Shown: positions 25,575-38,511, counted from the stretch's first letter. The stretch: DNA of 64,000 nt from Eledone cirrhosa (GCA_964016885.1 OZ024740.1:51274001-51338000), one strand, 5' to 3'. Made by a program: numbers and translations. The notes: generated by a model not told the origin, from the letters alone.

Positions 25575-25881
25575 TGCAGTCAGTCATTTCTTTGCATGGG
25601 TTTTTGTCCATTCTAAAAAGTTAAAATGATAAAGTATTACTACTATATAACTTACATCTATTGTAACACCATTGAAATGCACAAGTTTCACCAATTCACT
25701 ATTATGCACTAATCATCTCAAATGCATTCATGATTTACTAGCTTTGTCATTAATCCAGTTGCCTCAACTAGATTGCAATTATACTCAAAAGAACTTTAAA
25801 ATGTCAATCACTTGTCAGTAATTCACTATGATCATTTAATTATTAGATAGTTGTTGCTTGCATTGCCTTAAAAAATAGTAG

Positions 25882-26976
25882 ACCAGATAGAAAAATGCGT
25901 ACAGCAAAAAAAAGTAATATTGTTGGAATATAAACCTTTAAAAATACAGGACAAGAAACTAAAATAAAACTTTAAAAGAATAGGACAAGACACTAAGATA
26001 AAACTTTAAAAGAATAGGACAAGAAACTAAGATAAAACTTTAAAGAATTGGACAAGAAATAAAAAATTTTACAATAATATTAGTGGCAAAATTTTTTTAT
26101 TCGTTTCCTGTGCTATGCCCCAGTATCTTCTTGATTAGTGCATAATAATTGTCATGCTCTCATTGTGCGTTGCCCCTGAGCGGTTGGTTCTGGTTGGGGT
26201 TGGTTGGCTGAGCAGTTCTGCTCCATCAGAATGACCATTGCAAGAAGAATTGGCCGATGTAGCTGCATGTCTCCTCCAAGAATGCACTTCTGGTCCCGCA
26301 ACACCAGACGAAGATGGAGAAGACGACCGGGACAAGATGTCGACTCTGACCACCGACTACGGCACCTCCCTCAACCACCGGTCCTCCCTCCCTCTGTCCC
26401 GTCATCCCTCCAGTCCTCCTGCTCCCCCTTCCTGTACCAGAAAGCTGTGGCACGCATTCATCTGGACTGCCGGACTTGAACTCAAGGACAAGATGCAAGG
26501 AGAAGATGGACGGGTTGGTCAAGATCAAGGATGAGCGGGACGACAAGATCGTCCGCTGCTGCTCAAGATCTGTGCTCATGGGCCCATGGGTCCATTCACA
26601 TTATGCATGACACATGAGGCGTGTCGCCGAATGATGAAATAGGGGTATGGTTATGGCCCAATTGGTGTTCAAACCAGGATCAAATGATCCCCCCGGTCTG
26701 ACGACGACCTCTGAATGTGGAACCCAGAGCCTATGAATGTGGAACTCGATTTTTTACCAATAAAAATTTTGCCACTAATATTATTGTAAAATTTTTTATT
26801 TCTTGTCCAATTCTTTAAAGTTTTATCTTAGTTTCTTGTCCTATTCTTTTAAAGTTTTATCTTAGTTTCTTGTCCTATTCTTTTAAAGTTTTATTTTAGT
26901 TTCTTGTCCTGTATTTTTAAAGGTTTATATTCCAACAATATTACTTTTTTTTGCTGTACGCATTTTTCTATCTGGT
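25882..26976. mobile_element. Foldback element with 215-bp near-identical inverted arms containing 34-bp tandem subrepeats
   Basis: 25882-26096 is the reverse complement of 26762-26976 (about 1 mismatch seen); subrepeat AGGACAAGAAACTAAGATAAAACTTTAAAAGAAT about 3 times. Confidence 0.85.
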
Positions 26977-28220
26977 ATATATATATATATAGTTAACACA
27001 TGAAACTTAACAAAACAAACACAGGAATGCAGAGTATTTAGGTTCAAGCTTGGAGAAAGTGGAGGAGGGTTCAATATTCCAGACAGAAGTCCTTGAGGTA
27101 GAGCTGGTTCTTGGGAGGTTCAAGTGGAAGCAAATCATAAGCGATCGAATGTAGAGGGACATTTTGATAGTGGTCTGATGTACATGGCTCTCGTGTCCTT
27201 CTTTGATCTTCCGAATCTCACAGGCAAAGCAGTCGAGTTGGTCGTGAAAAGGGTGATTTCAAAAATTGCCCTGGGCAATATTGGTATTTGGTTCAAGATG
27301 TACAAACATTGCTCTGGTGTTTTCAAAGTGCTGCGGAGTTTATTGCAATGGAAAGAACCGTAGTATAGGAATAATGTATGGCAGAGGGCCTTCAGGTGCC
27401 TAAGCAAAAGAGAGTATCATCGATTTACAGGTTTTGGCTGATATAAAGTGTTTTACGGGGTGCTCGCTACAAGAATATCAAGTTTCCTAGCACTGACATA
27501 CATATAGAAGGCTGGTGTTCCACGATTCACAGGATTATTTTAGCATGCGTGTGTTATTTAGAGCTCCAATCAGCATGCCAAGAACGAAAGGAAAGAACTT
27601 TCAGGTAGTCTGGCTTTACTGGAAAATGTATGGAAATCAGTTTCCCATGCACTGAAACACAAAGTATTAGAATATTTGACATTACCTTTGATCGGTAATC
27701 ATGCACTTTACCACCAAAGACTTGTCAACTAAATGACAGTTACTTGAAATAGCTGAAGTACACTCCATTTTTAAAGTCCTCTTCGTGATAGGGCTGCACC
27801 TAATGATGAGAAGTGTAAAAAGCTGCTCGAAGAGGACATTTGGTATTGCCATCACTGTGACATTGCCACCATTGTGGAAACAAGAAAAGGAGCAGAAACT
27901 CTCCTACTCTGGCTGGATGCGATTTTTCCGGCCATGCTGACTGCGTACCAAAACCCCAAAGAGTAGAAGCACTTTTAAATGAAACCAAGGTAGCTATTGA
28001 GAACAAACTGAAATATGTGTTATCTGCCATTTACAACAGCAGTTTGACAGCAAGTTTAAAATGTAATGTTACCAGTATGCACAAAATACTTTTGACAAGA
28101 ATGGAGGTAATGGAAAGGTGTTTTAGCAGGTTACTATTGAAATGGTTTGGTCTCTCAGCAGTCTTTTAGAAGTTGAACTCTATAGCAAAACTCCAATTGA
28201 CTTTAACACACACACAAATA

Positions 28221-28510
28221 CAGGGCCGGCCAGATTTGATGGGGGGGGGGGGGGGGGCAAAGAGGACAATTGCCCCGGGCCCCCTGTAGTTGGAACGGTG
28301 GTAGCAATTAATTTGTGCCCTCAGCTGGGCTTTTTAATTTTAGGATAATTAGAATTTTTGAATTTAATACCTGTATGCATAACTTTTCAATTCCAACTAC
28401 ATACTTGCGCCAAGCTAACTTTGTATGTAAAATTGGTGGGGTTTGCTGTGTATGAGTGGCCGCCCAAACCTGAAGTGCCCCGAGTCCCCCAAGGTCTAAA
28501 TCCAATCCTG
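28221..28510. mobile_element. hAT-type MITE, degraded
   Basis: CAGGGCCGG.. start and ..AAATCCAATCCTG end; GC-rich GCCCCG subterminal motifs; TSD poorly matched. Confidence 0.55.
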
Positions 28511-29209
28511 CAGACACACATATGAATAGGCAGGTATATATTTTAATATTTGTTTATGAACAATTAATTAACTTTAGCATAACGTATACAGTGATTTCTT
28601 TGTTTTCTTTGTCTGTCTGTATTTATGTTTGTGTATGTGTGTGTAAGGAGAAGAGAAAGCGAGTGAGTAAAGAGATAGGGATGGAAATAGAGAAAGATAG
28701 CAGGAGAGTATAAGTTATGTTATAAAGACTCATTCAATGGATGCATTTATAAATTGGCTTCACTCATGAATCATACAATAATTTGACCTTTATATTGTAA
28801 CACCAGCCTGTCCGTTTTGATTGATATGTTATGTATATACTAGGTGACATTTTTCATTCTACACAAGATAGTTTAACTCTTCTTGTCGTACCTGCCACAC
28901 ACATACTAATTCTTTCTAGCATGATTTAGACACATATTTCATTTGTTTGTATAATTCTTGCTCTGTTTCCTTGCTTTTGTTCCATTTATTTATTCTATCT
29001 ATTTATTATTATTATTATTATTATTATTAGTAGTAGTAGTAGTAGTAGTAGTAGGAAGCAAGCGGGGGGGTTGGGGGTTGGGGGGTAGGGTGGACTAGGT
29101 CGAGATGAGGGTCAAATAATATTGAAATTACTTGAGAAACTGAGTCTTGGTTTAGTTTGTGGTTATGTACGTGTGCTCAAATGGCTTTTAATTATTATTT
29201 ACTGCTAAA

Positions 29210-29965
29210 GGGCGGTAGATTGGCAGAATCGGTAGAAGGTCGGACGTCATGTTTTGCTGCATAGAGTTTCGTCCCTTTGCGGTTTGAGTTCAAATCCCGC
29301 CGAGGTTAATTTTGCCTTTCATCCTTACGGGGTCGATAAAATAAAGCACCAGTAATGCACTGGGGTCGAGTTAATCGACTTTCCGCTCCCCCAAATTACT
29401 GACCTTGTGCCTATACTAGAAATCAATTATTATTTACTGCTATAACAATAATTATCATTATAACAATCATGAAAGACGATGATGATAATGATGATGATGA
29501 TAAGAAAGAGAAGGGGCCACACCCTTTTTATTTGATCGACTCCATCCGAAAATATTTACTAGTACTTATCCCTTTACATTAGATAATAATTCTTTCTACA
29601 TTAGGCACAAGGCCATCAATTTGGGGAGAAGGGGAAATCGATTAAATCGACCCTAGTGTATTACTGGTACTTTATTTTATCGACCAATAAGGCAAAGCTA
29701 ACTTCGGCGGGATTGGAACTCAGAACGTAAAGGGCCGAACCTCTGCCGCAAAGCATGTTATCCGACGCTCTACAGATACTGCAAACCCACCACCTTTATA
29801 ATAATAATTGTTTCTACTTTTGGCACAAGGCCAGCAATTACCAGTACATTACTGGTACTTTATTTTATCGACCCCGTAAGGATGAAAGGCAAAGTTGACC
29901 TCGACGGTGTTTGAACTCAGAATGGAAAGGGCCGTAACTCTATGCGTCAAAGCATGGTGTCCGAC
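29210..29965. mobile_element. Cluster of three family A SINEs (+ 29210-29425; - 29590-29795; - 29806-29965, headless)
   Basis: B box and shared core in each copy; A box in the two complete copies. Confidence 0.85.
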
Positions 29966-29976
29966 TAATGGTTTCT

Positions 29977-32385
29977 GATGATAGTGGCCACCTGGATCAT
30001 AACCTCGTCCCAATTCTTATTCACCTGGAGATCTGGCTAGACGACATTGTTGAACGGCATGGACTTCCCTCTCCAGGTGTCGAGCTGCAAGCTCACCGAT
30101 TTCCAGGGCTTAGTTTCGTTCCCGTCAACTTTGTATATTCCTCCAATCAGGTGCCGAGCACCTCGATATCCGAGGTGTTCGACACCACCACGGTGATGTC
30201 GTCCGCATATGCCTACGCAACCTTTCCACGTCCTGGTTCGATCGGGATGTCCTGTAACAGCGCCAGCCTCTGCAGTAATGGCTCGAGAGTCAATACGTAC
30301 AGAAGGGAGGAGAGAGGGCACCCTTGACAGACCGAACGGGAGATCTGAAACGGTTCCGAAATATGGCTATTAACATTGTCCACCGAGCAGATGCCGCTGT
30401 GCATTGCAGCAATCCAGCCTGTAAGATGAGACCTTGATAGCCTCCAGGTCGACCCTATCAAAAGCTTTCGATGGATCTAAATTGATCAGAGCCTCACTGA
30501 AGCCAGGTTTACACCCTACCCCCTCTATGATGTATTGCATGAGGTGAAGGTTGTCGTGTATGGACCTGGTCTGGATTGCACAAGTTCGCGTCTCCCCTAC
30601 CAAATCCTCGACGATAAGTGCCAACCACTTCGCTAACACCTTAGCCAAAACCTTAAACTCTGTGTTTAGCAGAGTTATGGGCCTGAAGTTTTCTTTTGTT
30701 CTCGTCTGTACTTATCAGAATCACCACGCCCCAGCTCACAGAACTGGGAATACTGCCAGTTGCAGTAGGGCGCTTCGAGGAGATCGGAGAACAAGTCTGG
30801 CATGTCTACATAAAGCTCGTAGGGCAGACCATCCAAACCGAGTAAGGCATCCTGAATCTCGGATGAAGTTATCGGCCTTTCGCAACGCTCAGCATCGGCT
30901 GGCGAGAGACGCGGTAGGCCGTTGAGGTAGGGACTGAAATTTTCCACCGTCTCCGACCACCTGCTCCCACCTGCTGGCGAAAGGCCTCATAGATCTGCCT
31001 GGAATCGTTCAACTCGCGTTCGTCTCGGTCCTTTAAAGAGCGAATTGTGTTTTTGCTATCACGTTGCACCTCGGCCACGCAGGCATCGAACAGCTTTGGT
31101 TCCCTCGTTTCTTAGAGCACGCGCCTTAGCTCTGACAATGCAACCTTCGTTTTTCGCATTGAAGAAATGGTCTAATGCCATTCTCACCGCTAGTACGTCA
31201 GTTGCAACGCCACTGCAAATAGTCTCGTCTAATTTAGCTACCAGCTCCCCCTCCTTTCTATTTTTCTCTAAAGTTACTTCTTTACTGAAACCTATCGACA
31301 TTAATTTCTCTTTTGAGAAGCTCCACCGTCTGTTGTTGACGACCCTCCCCTATCAACGTTTGCTTAACTAAATTAATGACCCGGTCCCTGTAAGCTTTAC
31401 GTGCTGGAAATGACGTGTTCAGCTTCCAGTAACCAGCTCCTAACCTGCATGTCCTATCTAGGTCAACCCTGCAGATTACAAACTTGGGATCTGGATAGGC
31501 GACCGTTTGAAAGTGTGGACAGCCTATACTTTCCTTATCTACTGACCTAATAAAGAACCTATCTATATACAACCTAGATTACCCTACGCGGTTGATCCAG
31601 GTCCACACTGGTGCATTAGGGAAATCTAGTCGGTACCTGTGAAACAGTTGGAACTGGCTGATCAGGTATTGAGGCTTTTGCACCCGGCGCTCCTATCAGC
31701 CTCTCCCACAATCCGTTTAAGATGCCGTTCCGGTCCCCCGCTAACAGTAAAGGGTGAGACGTTTCCAGAAAGGCCTCCAGGCGCCTAAAGAAATCCGGCC
31801 GTCCAGCCCCGGTCGGGGCGTAGACGGCCATCAGTCTAAAGGCAATACATTCTCTATTGCTTACGTGCAGGACCACTAACTTATCACCCGGGTCCAGGAA
31901 GATCAACCTTACCTCGAGATCCAGGCCTTTCCTAAACAGCACTGCCACCCCACCCCCCATTCCCGGCCGACTAAGAGATGCGAAGATCTGATAGTCATCG
32001 AACATGAGGGCTAGTGTGCGCGTCAGAAATCCTGGTCTCGCTGACGGTAGCCACATCCATATCTAGTGATTTGAGGTCCTTCAGCAAGTGACCCTGCTTC
32101 AAGGACGACCCCAGGCTACAAACATTTAAACATCTCATTCTTCAGATGGCAATGTTGGCAAGCTAAAAGAAAGAAGAAAGGTCTACTTACCTTCCTGGAG
32201 CTTGTGGGGGTCTAGTGGTTCGATCCCCATGATTGGTGGGGTTCCTTTGAGAAACCCCTTAAAAGCCGACTCGAGGCTTTCACACTAGGAGTTTCCACGT
32301 CGTCGGGAAAGCTTTCTCTAATGTTTCTGTATCTATTTACTGGCATCCGCACCACCAGCAGTGTTTTGGGCACTTTGAAGTATAA
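29977..32385 (-). mobile_element. Tx1/L1-clade LINE fragment (probable ORF1 tail, APE endonuclease, RT), 3'-truncated
   Basis: GGGVAVLF; VYAPT; LAGD; IDRFFI; GYWKLNTS; GLDGLPYE; LDPSKAFDRVD; QGCPLSSLLYVLTLEPL; AYADDIT; flanked by TAATGGTTTCT direct repeats. Confidence 0.9.
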
Positions 32386-32387
32386 TA

Positions 32388-32800
32388 ATGGTTTCTTATT
32401 TAGGCACAAGGCCAGCAATTATTGGGGGGGGGGGGGCTTTCCGATTAAATCAACACCAGTGCGTAACTGGCACTTTATTTTATCAACCCGTAAGGATAAA
32501 AGGCAAAGCAAACTCCGGTGGGATTTGAACTCAGAACGTAAAGGGCAATAACATGCTGCAAAACATGTTGTCTGACGCTCTATCGATTCTGCCAAGCTGT
32601 CATAATAATAATTGTTTCTACTTTTGGCACAAGGCCAGCAAATACCCAGTGTATTACTGGTACTTTATTCTATCGACCCTGTAAGGATGAAAGGCACAGT
32701 TAGCCTCGACGGGATTTGAACTCAGATCATAAAGGGCCGTAACTCTTTGCTGCAAAGCATGGCGTCCGACCCTCTACCGATACTGCAAATCCACCGCCCT
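32388..32800 (-). mobile_element. Two tandem family A SINEs (32388-32600; 32612-32800)
   Basis: Shared core and B box; long and short variants. Confidence 0.85.
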
Positions 32801-32829
32801 TGACCAATAATAATAATAATAAGGTTGGT

Positions 32830-33835
32830 GATGATTTTTTTTATTGGCCACTGGGGCCTAAAACATTAAGGTTAATATAAATAAACAGCGACAATGGTGA
32901 TTTACATATAACGATAAATAGAAAAATAGGTAACAAAGTAACAATAAATTAATAACAACAGAGTTCCACAATGAGCGGGGGTGGGGTAAGCAGCACTCAG
33001 AATTAATTGAGTTTCCCCACAGATCCGACATCACTCCGATTGCACAAGAGTACCATAGGAAAGCGCCCCTCTCTCCTCTCTATTTTATTCAGCCATAAGG
33101 TGCATGCTAGAGTAGACTCATTCACTCACCTGTTTAAAATATACTGGAGTGCAACATTTCTCTCACCACCTTCATCTTTATTTCTATGTGGAACTTGAAA
33201 AAGTCAATGAAGGTTTGACCGCACCACACAATTCTTTTCGAAATAGCCACCAGACAGAGGAAAATTATTTGCTCTTCCCCAAAACAGACGGCGGGGCGAT
33301 TTTCACGATGGATCCGTCCCATATGCGACAAAGCTGTTTGATAAAACTGTATATTTCAGCAACACACGAGTGTAGGCCGAATAGGCCTACACTCGTGTGT
33401 TGCTGAAATATACAGTTTTATCAAACAGCTTTGTCGCTTCGGACTGACCCTTCTAACAGCACTTCCGTACATATAGAGTTTTTTTCTCGAATTGGCAGTG
33501 TCCTCCGGTAGCATTGCCAGGCCAAGGATTTCTGGAAATTATTCATAGTCCTCGGGCCAAAAGTCTTCCGGATTAGACCAGTCAGGTCATTCGCATCAAC
33601 GCCTAGAGTTTCCTAGGGGATTACATCGCGCTTGCCCACGACTAGTCTTCTATAAAATGTTAACGTGAGACTTCCACTGACCATATTGCCCGATTGGTAC
33701 AGGGCTGCGAGCGTCTGACATTCCAGATGCCAGGCGTTTAGTCACAGTCTTCACTTGACTCTGACTGCAACACAGTCAAAGAGACGAGCTGCGGAAAGAA
33801 GCGCTACATGAAAGGCGACCACACCTGTTCACCGT
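32830..33835 (-). mobile_element. Tx1/L1-clade LINE 3' end fragment
   Basis: WHLECQTLAALYQSGNMVSGSLTLTFYRRL is homologous to WHIECAQALTALWQ..SSFYRGL near 61940; KSLAWQCYRRTL; AATAAA-A tract on minus near 32836-32845. Confidence 0.75.
33325..33437. repeat. Perfect 54-bp inverted repeat with 5-nt loop
   Basis: 33325-33378 is the exact reverse complement of 33384-33437; loop GAATA. Confidence 0.95.
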
Positions 33836-35042
33836 CTCATAACCATAACAGCAGCAACAATAACGACGATGATGATGATTTTTAATTTAAGCACTAGGCC
33901 AAGTTTTCTGGGTATTGAATAGCGGCACCCGTATTTGACTGGTACTTTATTTTATCGAGCCAGAAAGGATGATAGGGTATGATTGATGATGATGATGATG
34001 ATTATTAAAATTTTAAGGATCTCCTGTTGGTTGACACGAGAAAGCTAGGAGATAGTGAGAGAAGGTTAAAAAAAACGATTGTTTTCCTTTGAAACAAAGG
34101 GCGCACTATCTCCTGTCGAAAACTGTCGTCTGCAGGTGATGTTGTTTATTTAAACAAGCTATATCAAATCAGCTGCTGTTTATTCACTATCGCGTCAACT
34201 CTCGTCTCCTGTCCCCATATCTGAACATCACTACAGCCACGCCACCACCTTGACCATCTAGACTGAGATTTTACTGTCTTGTGAAAAAGCAAAAAAAAAG
34301 AAAAGACTTTTGAAAATAGGTCATAATTTTTATTTATTTTTTTACTTTTCTTTTGAGAGTTGTTGCTAGTTATCTTCTCAACTATTTCCTGAGGTAGACG
34401 GACTCCCGTGTAATATATATTTCGGATTGCTGATAATAATATATATATATACATATATAAATTCATAGCCTCATAATACCATCGAATCGTCAACGTCACA
34501 TATAACGTCATTAATATATAACATTATTTTGAAGGATAAAAGGATAAATAGCCAAGATCGAACTTGATTAGACAAATAATATTTGGGCAAATACAAACTT
34601 TAAAATTCAATTTTATTTCTCAAAACATAAAAACTACATCGACAAATGGAGTTCAATTATGTTGGGAAACTGCGGACTGTATGCACACATCTAATGTTGC
34701 TGATGATTCTAACAAAGATGCCACATGCGGAAACTAACTCAACACTAGGTAAGATTTTTGTACTATTAATTCACTTTCTGTTTTATTGGTTTACTCATAA
34801 TTCTTACAGAATGAAAATATACACACAAATAACACATAAAATACTTGATTACATAGATATTTCACATAAAACTATAGAACCAAAATAAAAGAAAATATTA
34901 ATTCAACACTGTCAATTGATCACACACTAGAAGGGATGTCAGGGCCACCCACTAATAATTGTTGAGGCAACTCAACACGTGTGCAGCATTACACGGGTGA
35001 TAGCGAAGCTAAGGTGCTGGAACAACCAAGCGCCCTCATGGG

Positions 35043-35188
35043 CAGTGTCGGATTTATCATTGTGCTTAGGTGTGCTTAAGCCCCGTTAACCTTCCTGCCA
35101 ACTTAATTTTTTACCTCCTTCATGGCCCAAGTAAGGGGCCTCATAACTTAACTTGCAGAGGGCCTTATTTGTCCTAAATCCGGCACTG
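35043..35188. mobile_element. hAT MITE (146 bp)
   Basis: TIRs CAGTGTCGGATTTA / TAAATCCGGCACTG; 8-bp TSD CTCATGGG / TTCATGGG. Confidence 0.88.
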
Positions 35189-36764
35189 TTCATGGGCGTC
35201 ACCTGACACCTCGGTAAGGTGAGCCGCCAACGATGACAAGATTTTCGTTGTCAGCGGCCCAACTTCTCCCAACGTCTCGATCGCTACAGGCTGAAAAAAA
35301 TAGTTTACCGATAATTCCCAGTATTTCAGAATTTGATTTGGCCTTTATCAGTATTTTTTTCGTCTCTTTGCATTCTGAATTTAAATTCCGCTGAGGTAAA
35401 TTTTATCTTTCATCTTTCCCTGATCAATAAAATAAAATTTCAGTCAAGTACTGGGCTCGCTATAATCCACTACCCCACCCCCACTAAATTGCTTGTCTTG
35501 TGCCTAAATTAGATGCCATTATATGTTTGTAGCTGGTCTTGTGCCAAAATCAAAAAACATTATTGTCTTTAAATATTTTTGTCATACGTGTGTATATACA
35601 GGTGTGCGCGCGTGCATCTAAGCGTGTGTGTGTTTGTGAGGGTCGCCTTGTTGAACTCCTGAGGTGTATAGCAATGACACAAAGTATAAGATATATAAAG
35701 GAAGAGAAACAAGATCATGAGACAATCATTACTTTCCTAAAGAAAACATTTCAATATTTTCCCACTAGTATGCATATGTTGTGTATGTCGTGCTGAATAA
35801 TACAACTCTTATACATAAGGAGACCTCAAATCTGTTGTCGGGTCCCATAAGTTATTTAATAATTGGATCATAGGGACATAACTGAAGAATTTTGACTTCG
35901 TATTGCATCTCCTCTATTCTATTTAGCACCTTGAAGCTAAGGGTAAGCTTCATTATAATTTTTTAAAAATACTAATGGAAACTTTTGTGTGGTCTGCGTC
36001 AGAAAAAAATATTCTTCGAAATTTATGAGTTTGAATAACGTGAGGCGAGGAAGAATTCAAACTCATGAACTCCATTGCACCACAGCATTGGATGTTATTA
36101 AAATATAAGTAATGTATACAAGAAAAATAGTACACAATTTACATTACATTTACCTAGTTCTTGTTTGGCTTTAGAAGAATTGACTCCGATACGAGCATAC
36201 CAGACCTTCCAATCCTACATTTTTCTTACAGACATTGGCTTACAAATGTTTAGATTGGGCATCAGTCATATCATTTTCACTACTCTGAGAAGGCTTTTTA
36301 AGGCCTTGGGCACAGTCCCACTCTCCCTAATTAGAGAAAATATCAAATCAACAAACCCTTCTCATTGCCTTCAATCTCTCCAAGAGACCTTTGTCTGAAG
36401 AGTGTGCCAGTCATTCCTCACTCTATTTGTATATATTAGTTTCTTCTGGACTAGACACAACGGTTTTGTATTTTAAGAAGGGCGAAATGGAATGTATTGG
36501 TGTGCAAGACTTTCCTTAATAGTTTATGGCATAAACTGTATGCGGTAATAACGAAACAAATTTGCGTCAAAAATTGAAATCGGTTTGTAACCTCAAATTC
36601 TCAGGAGCTTACATTTTGTTTTAATTGATTTCTCTCATGGTTCTCCTGCATAGCTTTGTCTGTGGTGGGTAAAACAAATAAAAAAGCTAAAGAACATGTT
36701 AGACGGCCAGAAAATTTGAATAGAGACCCGATATATATTCTGTATAGACATACGTATTTATGAC

Positions 36765-37040
36765 TGAATGGTTCAGAAATTTGCTTCGCAATCGCAAGGT
36801 CCTGTGTTCGATCCCGCTGCATGGCATCTTGATCATTGACCTGAGCCTCAGGATGATTCAAGCCTTGTGAGTGAAACTGGGTACATGGAAACTTACATGA
36901 AGCCCGTCAGATGTACTGTACCTGTAAATCACACTGAATCCTCCCCAAAAGTTTTTTACGAGTACACGTGTCTGTCGAAAGCTTAGCCATTCGCACGCTA
37001 ATTTCACAAACAGGCTGTTCTGTTGACTGAATAACTGGAT
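36765..37040 (+). mobile_element. tRNA-derived SINE, family D
   Basis: B box GTTCGATCC followed by GCCTTGTGAGTG..GGAAAC..GAAGCCCGTC body. Confidence 0.65.
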
Positions 37041-38233
37041 CAGAGGTCCGACAAATATTTATAAAGACGTATATGGACCCATATTCAATAGCTTTATGTA
37101 TAATAAATATACAAGTAGTCTTGCTGTGAATATTTTAAACTGATCACATCACAACTATCATTGTATCAGGCGAGGGGTGATATATACTAACGGCCTCCTG
37201 GCCTTTGCCTCTGCCTGTACTCAAATCTATTCATAAGGCACCCATTGTCATCTATCATAATGTACATTTTCCTTAGAATAAAAGATGTTAAAAGGTATTT
37301 AAATATCGATTAACATAATTTTAAAATTTTATTTAGAATATCTTATACAGAAAGTAATAATAGAAAAATGTACTCTACGAAAATTATAAAACATTTATAA
37401 AACTTCAGTATATACTAGAGGGAGGAACCATTTCACATTGATAGGCCACATTAAGTTACTTGTAATATAATAAGGTCACATTAAAAAAAGTATAATTATA
37501 TATTCTTAAAATCTGCATTATTTTGTAAAAATCTAATAACTATGAACTAATTATCGAAGAAACGAAAAAAAAAAAGTTAAAGCTAACTAACTTTTAATGA
37601 CTTTGTACTGACTGCTTGTTGTAGGAAAGCATTTTGATATTTGGTTGCAACATGCGAGCCCTTACGATCTACTAATATTTTAATTCTGTCTGTCAGTGCG
37701 GATTATTTCGTTAGGCTCTCTTTGGTATTTAAAATACGTTCATCTTATGGTTTAAATCAAAGGTTCTCAACGGGGGGCATATGCACCCCCAGGGGGCGTT
37801 TCGGAAATCCAGGGGGGCGTTTGGGAGCAAGAGGGAATTAGGGGGTCGTTTGGAGCTTTGGAGTGCACTGGAAGGCTCTTTACTTTGGTAAGTTTTATAA
37901 GCCATATTTGTATGTCTTTGAGACAGCCAGTGTGAATGCATTTGAATGAGCATGCAGACAGCATAACTATGGTCTGACCGCAGGTGTGCAGGCGTGTTTA
38001 GACATTAACCGGCAATTGAGATCCTAACCATGGAAAAACCCACAGTCAACTGGGTCAAGGACACTTCAATCGCAGCCAGTTAGAATCTTGTCTTTCCTTC
38101 ACCGATAACAATGTATTTCATGTCTGAAATTATTGACTCAACCGTAACGAGTTAACACTATGTAGATCTATTTTATTTCCTATTGTATAAATAATATTAC
38201 AAATAAAAAAAATAATAAAATATCCCAGAAGCG

Positions 38234-38510
38234 GGTAGCACACACATCTAGGACCACATACAACACATAAGCAGGTAACACACACATCTAGGACTACATG
38301 CAACACATAATCAGGTAATACAAACCATCTAGGACCACATACAACACATAATCGGGTAATACAAACATCTAGGACCACATACAACACATAATCAGGTAAT
38401 ACATACATCTAGGACCGCATGCAATACATAAGCAGGTAATACATACATCTAGGACTACCTACAACACACAGGCAGGTAATACATACATCTAGGACCAAAT
38501 ACAACACATA
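38234..38510. repeat. 40-bp minisatellite, about 7 copies, inside the hAT
   Basis: Unit GGTAATACATACATCTAGGACCACATACAACACATAATCA. Confidence 0.95.
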
Positions 38511-38511
38511 T

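Noticed and set aside
25948-26060. 34-bp repeats as CRISPR or iterons
   Set aside because: Contiguous tandem subrepeats within an inverted-repeat arm; no spacers
27000-28190. Possible PLE RT-thumb remnant (-, 27000-27560) and APE endonuclease remnant (+, 27780-28100)
   Set aside because: Too degraded to assign a family confidently from motifs
34660-35288. Solo LTR candidates (also about 6827-7126)
   Set aside because: TG..CA-like ends but no matching TSD or partner copy in the window
38234-38510. Regular ~40-bp repeats resembling a CRISPR array
   Set aside because: Whole units repeat with no unique spacers, there are no cas genes, and the context is eukaryotic
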